63,858 nt of DNA, taken from NCBI GenBank assembly GCA_964603995.1, contig CAZRXH010000003.1, positions 4,037 to 67,894 on the forward strand. Direction: 5' to 3'. Each line of letters starts with the position of its first letter. Position 1 is the stretch's first letter. Both the position numbers and the translations under genes were made by a program. A model generated the notes under the pieces. It searched no databases and was not told the origin of the DNA. It worked only from the letters and a program-made list of their open reading frames with translations. This DNA comes from an uncultured Bacteroidota bacterium. GTDB taxonomy: Bacteria; Bacteroidota; Ignavibacteria; Kryptoniales; JAKASW01. Below, piece after piece: positions 59,904-63,858 of this stretch.

Positions 59904-60583
59904 GTTCGACACTCTATCTGGTCTCGACTCCGATCGGGAACTATGACGACATAACTCTGCGCGCACTTAATGTGCTCAAGGAGGTTGATTTCATAATATG
60001 TGAAGAGTTCAAGACTGGGAATCGCCTTCTGAGGTATTACGGCTTTGACAAACCTCTTGAGGCGCTCAACGAGCACAACGAGGCGCACGACGCGGAGGTA
60101 ACCGTTGACAGGATAAAGGCTGGAGCCGATGCCGCCCTGATATCGGACGCGGGAACGCCGGTGTTCGCCGATCCCGGGGCGAGACTCGTCCACATCGCGC
60201 TGAAAAAGGGAGTCAAGGTTATCCCTGTGCCCGGGCCGTCTTCTCTTCTGTCGGCTCTTGTCGTTTCCGATTTTGATATCGGGTCGTTCCATTATGCCGG
60301 ATTTCTGCCTAGAAAAAAGGATGAGCGCATTCAGGCTTTGAACAGGCTTTCGGCGCTGGGATGTCTCTGCGTCATCATGGAGGCACCTTACAGGTTCAAG
60401 CCGTTAATAGAAGACTGCCTCTCCTCCTTCGGCAGAAACCGTAAAGCAGTGGTCGCTGTGGACATGACAATGCCCACTGAACAGGTAATCCGGGGCACGC
60501 TCGGGGAGATAAACAAGAAATTCGACGACGCGCCATTCAAGGCGGAATTCGTACTGATCATCGATGCTCCGAAAAAAGATTAG
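59900..60583 (+). CDS. rsmI: SAM-dependent tetrapyrrole-methylase-fold rRNA methyltransferase (RsmI family)
   Basis: LYLVSTPIGN..DITLRAL..L..VD.I.CE and SDAG.P...DPG motifs. Confidence 0.8.
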   Translation: MSSTLYLVSTPIGNYDDITLRALNVLKEVDFIICEEFKTGNRLLRYYGFDKPLEALNEHNEAHDAEVTVDRIKAGADAALISDAGTPVFADPGARLVHIALKKGVKVIPVPGPSSLLSALVVSDFDIGSFHYAGFLPRKKDERIQALNRLSALGCLCVIMEAPYRFKPLIEDCLSSFGRNRKAVVAVDMTMPTEQVIRGTLGEINKKFDDAPFKAEFVLIIDAPKKD

Positions 60584-60887
60584 CCTGGTTCTGGCGCTGG
60601 CCTTGCTGGTCGCCGCGTGCTCGGAGAAACCGCCAATACCTGAGAACGAATTTGTGGATTTCTATATCCGGCTGCAATTGATAGACGCGCAATATGGAAC
60701 AGACGCCGCCCTGCAAAAGCAAAAAGCCGATTCACTCATGATGGCGTTCAAGATAGACAGGGATCTGTTCGATTCTACAATGTCGTGGTACGGCAAGAAG
60801 CCAGAACGTTGGGAGAAATTCTTTGCTGAGGTCAGAGACCGGCTCGCCAAAATGAGACCGGACTACGTCAGGACGCAGCGCCGGTAA
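60564..60887 (+). CDS. DUF4296-like lipoprotein
   Basis: Lipobox LLVAAC. EFVDFYIRLQLIDAQY is typical of DUF4296. 107 aa. Confidence 0.6.
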   Translation: MLRKKISLVLALALLVAACSEKPPIPENEFVDFYIRLQLIDAQYGTDAALQKQKADSLMMAFKIDRDLFDSTMSWYGKKPERWEKFFAEVRDRLAKMRPDYVRTQRR

Positions 60888-63465
60888 GCTTTGCCACGAG
60901 TACCACCTCGGCCAGTTCGCAATCTGCAAAGGCCCGGTGTACGGCAACTACGTCCTTTGTTTTTGTGAACTCTTTCTCCAGTAGTGAGAAAGTGCGCTTG
61001 TCGATGAGTCTGCGGAGGTCGATCTCCAACCCCTTCTCTTTCACTCTTTCAAGAGTCTCGATGACACCCTGGACCGTTATAGACAGCGCTGTGGCTATCT
61101 CTGCAGCGGTGAGATTCTCACGAAAGTGCTCATAGATGTTCCGTTCCGTCTCCGACAATTCGACCGGAATTGCCGCTGCAAAATCTAGGCACACCTGCAA
61201 CATCCTGCGGATTATTGCGCCGCGATTAACCCCGTCACGCGGCAAGAACGCCGATATTTCCTTTTCGTCAGTCGGATGTTCGTTTGCCATGTTAATCAAT
61301 TTCTCATCCGTGCAGATGCCGAAGACCGGTAGCCCCAATTCTGCGGCCAGTGCTCGCCTCTCATCTCTCAAAGCCTTATAAAGGGCTTTTCTCATGACAA
61401 ATGGCTTCTTCACCGCAGACGCGATCCCAGTCTCTATGTACCTTTCACCCTCATCGGTTATTGACACGGTCGGATAGATGACGCCGTTCTTGGAGAGATA
61501 CTTTCTTGCCAGTAGAAAGTCAAATGCTGAATAGACAGCCTGCGCCGGAAATTCCTTCAGCATGCCTAAGAAGTTAGAGATCGAACCGGCCTCGGTTTCC
61601 TTATTGCCGGTATCTCCGAGGAGGAGCTTGCAATACGTGGTTCTGCCGTATCTTCCGGCTGTTGCCTTCACCAGAGAGAGGATTGCCTTGTGGATTTCCT
61701 TCAGTCTACTTACGCTGGCAGGATCTGAGTTGTTGCCGGAATAAGAGAAAGTGATCGTGCAGTTGTCGCAGTTTCCACAGCCACTTTCCGCTTTGTCAGC
61801 CCCGAAGTAATCGAGAATGTAATTGGCACGGCAGCCTGTGGTCTTCGCGTAACCGACTACTCTAGCCAGGCGCTCCTTGGCGCGTTCCCGGAGGAGGGAT
61901 AGTTGTTCGAAATCGACCGGCAACCTTTCCGGTTCCTCGCGACTCGAAAGCATCCTGAAAGTCACCCCTTCGGATGGCGGCCTGTAGTCGATTATACCAG
62001 AGCGCTGCAAGATGGACAGAGTCCGGCTCACGCTGGCTGGTCCGATATCTGCCTTTCGTCCGATTTCATCTATCCTGACTGGCCTCGCCTCCGAGAAGAT
62101 CGCGTTGCCATAAAGTCTCAGCAACGCCTCGAGTACCGATTTTGAATCATGTGAGGACGTCTTTTCGATGGCCTGCCTGTAAGAAGTCATTTCTACCTTC
62201 GAGCGGACGTAGGCGTTCGCGGAAATATTCGGCATAAGTTGGATGAGTCCCTTTTGAGATAGAATCCGGAATACCGAATCGACAGTACGGGTGTTAAGTT
62301 TGGTTGATTCCGCTATTTGCTGGGGTGAAATCGTGATATGGTCGTCGCGCAAGTTACCGACACCGACGCGAAGTCCGTCGAAAATCGAAGTGTACGTTCG
62401 CGTGAACTCTTCACGGGTCGGGTAGAGTGTATTTATGAAATACTCTTGAACCGTTAGATCTCGTCTGTGAAAAAGGAGTATGCACTCGGCGAGGTTCCCG
62501 TCGCGGCCGGCCCTGCCTGCTTCCTGATAGTAGGCTTCGAGTGTCCCGGGAACGTCGTAGTGAATAACGAATCTGACGTTGGGCTTGTTTATTCCCATTC
62601 CGAATGCGTTGGTTGCGACCATCACACGGCTGGTATCCAGGAATTCCGTCTGTGACTTGGTCCGCTCTGACTCTGTGAGACCAGCGTGATATCTGAGGGC
62701 GTTTACTCCTCTCGATCTCAGGAAGTCATGTATTTCATCGACGCTTTTCCGTGTCGCGGCGTAGACAATCCCGGAGTTTTCACTTCTTGCGGCATGACTC
62801 ATTATTGACTGTGTCTTTGCAGTCTCCACGAGAACCTGGAAGGAGAGATTCTCCCTTGAGAATCCTCGGATGTAGACCCTAGGCGAACGCATCTTCAACT
62901 GTGCCACGATATCGTCTTGAACGTCTGGTGTGGCCGTTGCAGTCAGAGCGAGGATCACCGGATTGCCGATCGCCTCTCCTAAATCCGAGATCCGTGTATA
63001 GTGTGGGCGGAAGTCATGTCCCCACTGACTTATGCAATGAGCTTCATCCACTGCGAGCAATGATACCTTAGTCCTTGAGAGCGTTTCGACAAATCTTTTG
63101 CTCTCAAGTCGCTCCGGTGCAATGTATAGTAGCTTGATCTGCCCATACCTTGCCATGTGAAGACGAGCCTGGATTTCTTCGAGATCGAGAGAACTATCGA
63201 GTTGGGTCGCGATGAGACCGTTCCTGTTGGCTTGCGTGACCTGGTCCTTCATCAAACTAATGAGCGGTGTGATGACAACAGTAATTCCATCAGAGAGCAT
63301 GGCCGGGAGTTGATAGCATATTGACTTGCCGCCACCAGTCGGCATTACAGCGAGTGTGTCGAACCCGTTCATTACGGAGCTCATTATCTCCGCCTGCCCG
63401 GGCCTGAATTCTTTCAGACCGAAGAACTTCTCGAGTGCCTTCTGCAAACGTTCTGGGGGAATCAT
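60868..63465 (-). CDS. recQ: ATP-dependent DNA helicase RecQ (extended 865-aa form)
   Basis: FRPGQ, PTGGGKS, DEAHCISQWGHDFRP, QE.GRAGRDG, CGNCDNC, an HRDC-like segment (ALYKALRDERRALA) and an extra C-terminal HTH-like segment. Confidence 0.9.
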   Translation of the reverse strand: MIPPERLQKALEKFFGLKEFRPGQAEIMSSVMNGFDTLAVMPTGGGKSICYQLPAMLSDGITVVITPLISLMKDQVTQANRNGLIATQLDSSLDLEEIQARLHMARYGQIKLLYIAPERLESKRFVETLSRTKVSLLAVDEAHCISQWGHDFRPHYTRISDLGEAIGNPVILALTATATPDVQDDIVAQLKMRSPRVYIRGFSRENLSFQVLVETAKTQSIMSHAARSENSGIVYAATRKSVDEIHDFLRSRGVNALRYHAGLTESERTKSQTEFLDTSRVMVATNAFGMGINKPNVRFVIHYDVPGTLEAYYQEAGRAGRDGNLAECILLFHRRDLTVQEYFINTLYPTREEFTRTYTSIFDGLRVGVGNLRDDHITISPQQIAESTKLNTRTVDSVFRILSQKGLIQLMPNISANAYVRSKVEMTSYRQAIEKTSSHDSKSVLEALLRLYGNAIFSEARPVRIDEIGRKADIGPASVSRTLSILQRSGIIDYRPPSEGVTFRMLSSREEPERLPVDFEQLSLLRERAKERLARVVGYAKTTGCRANYILDYFGADKAESGCGNCDNCTITFSYSGNNSDPASVSRLKEIHKAILSLVKATAGRYGRTTYCKLLLGDTGNKETEAGSISNFLGMLKEFPAQAVYSAFDFLLARKYLSKNGVIYPTVSITDEGERYIETGIASAVKKPFVMRKALYKALRDERRALAAELGLPVFGICTDEKLINMANEHPTDEKEISAFLPRDGVNRGAIIRRMLQVCLDFAAAIPVELSETERNIYEHFRENLTAAEIATALSITVQGVIETLERVKEKGLEIDLRRLIDKRTFSLLEKEFTKTKDVVAVHRAFADCELAEVVLVAKLTGAAS

Positions 63466-63858
63466 CGGTCAAATTTAACATGATGCTCGGAAATACGTAA
63501 GCTGAAGGTTGCTCCATTTAGGAACGCATCTTTGGCAGTATCAACTACTCACGGAGGGACTTATTGTGCTTGCAGCCGGTAACCCCGCGCCGGATCCATC
63601 TGTGGTCCTGGGGAACGCGATGAACACAAGTGAGCACGGAGAGACGGAGGTAGAACGGGCGATTGCGGGGTTTCCTCTGACCAATGGACCCTTGGTCACG
63701 GTCATGCAGATCGTGGGCCTTCACCGACAACGCGCACGGGGTGGGCTGTCGTGGACTTGCACGTATTACAAAATGTGAGCCAAAAAGGAAATGTTTGTGT
63801 GGGCGGGAGACCGGCTGGGTCGTAAGTTACTGTTTGTCCGTGTCTTCTGACATCCTAT

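Noticed and set aside
63827-63858. Possible 3' end of a minus-strand gene (…RMSEDTDKQ stop) at the window edge
   Set aside because: Only about 10 codons are visible, so it cannot be supported.

Overview
This 63.9 kb window is mostly core genome. I call 62 protein-coding ORFs. I recognised no rRNA, tRNA, CRISPR array, transposase, integrase or phage gene. The lineage looks like an FCB-superphylum bacterium (Ignavibacteriota/Bacteroidota-like). The evidence is a T9SS C-terminal sorting domain and DUF4296-, DUF2851- and DUF3108-type genes, although several starts are preceded by GGAGG-like ribosome-binding sites. This lineage call is inference only.

Gene clusters:
- tgt-yajC-ribBA, then greA.
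- purN-purH-mreB-mreC-mreD-mrdA-rodA.
- dcd-pyrF.
- etfB-etfA.
- trpS-scpA-scpB-rluB.
- rsmG-lysS-GH57.
- nuoABCDEF, followed directly by dut, with no nuoG-N in the window.
- recQ.

Most interesting loci:
1. At 5352-7215, an orphan 346-aa protein with ECF-sigma-like region-2 features sits upstream of a ZAS (H-x3-C-x2-C) anti-sigma-type domain. That reading frame continues, after a 1-nt frame break, into a T9SS C-terminal sorting domain. No signal peptide or TM segment is visible.
2. At 43148-46306, a 1052-aa outer-membrane protein combines an HExxH peptidase-like module, a PD40/TolB-type propeller and an Omp85 barrel.
3. At 18440-19056, an AT-rich two-gene DUF4258-like/DUF2283 toxin-antitoxin islet is wedged between rodA and dcd.
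4. At 3958-4023, a structured greA leader carries a palindromic hairpin plus an intrinsic-terminator-like element.
5. ScpB has a roughly 220-aa acidic N-terminal extension, and RecQ has a roughly 190-aa insertion.

Three genes (CYTH, ZAS/T9SS and HNH) have start or frame anomalies that all coincide with homopolymer tracts. Assembly indels must be excluded before any biology is inferred from them. All family assignments come from motif recognition by eye, and no database search was run.
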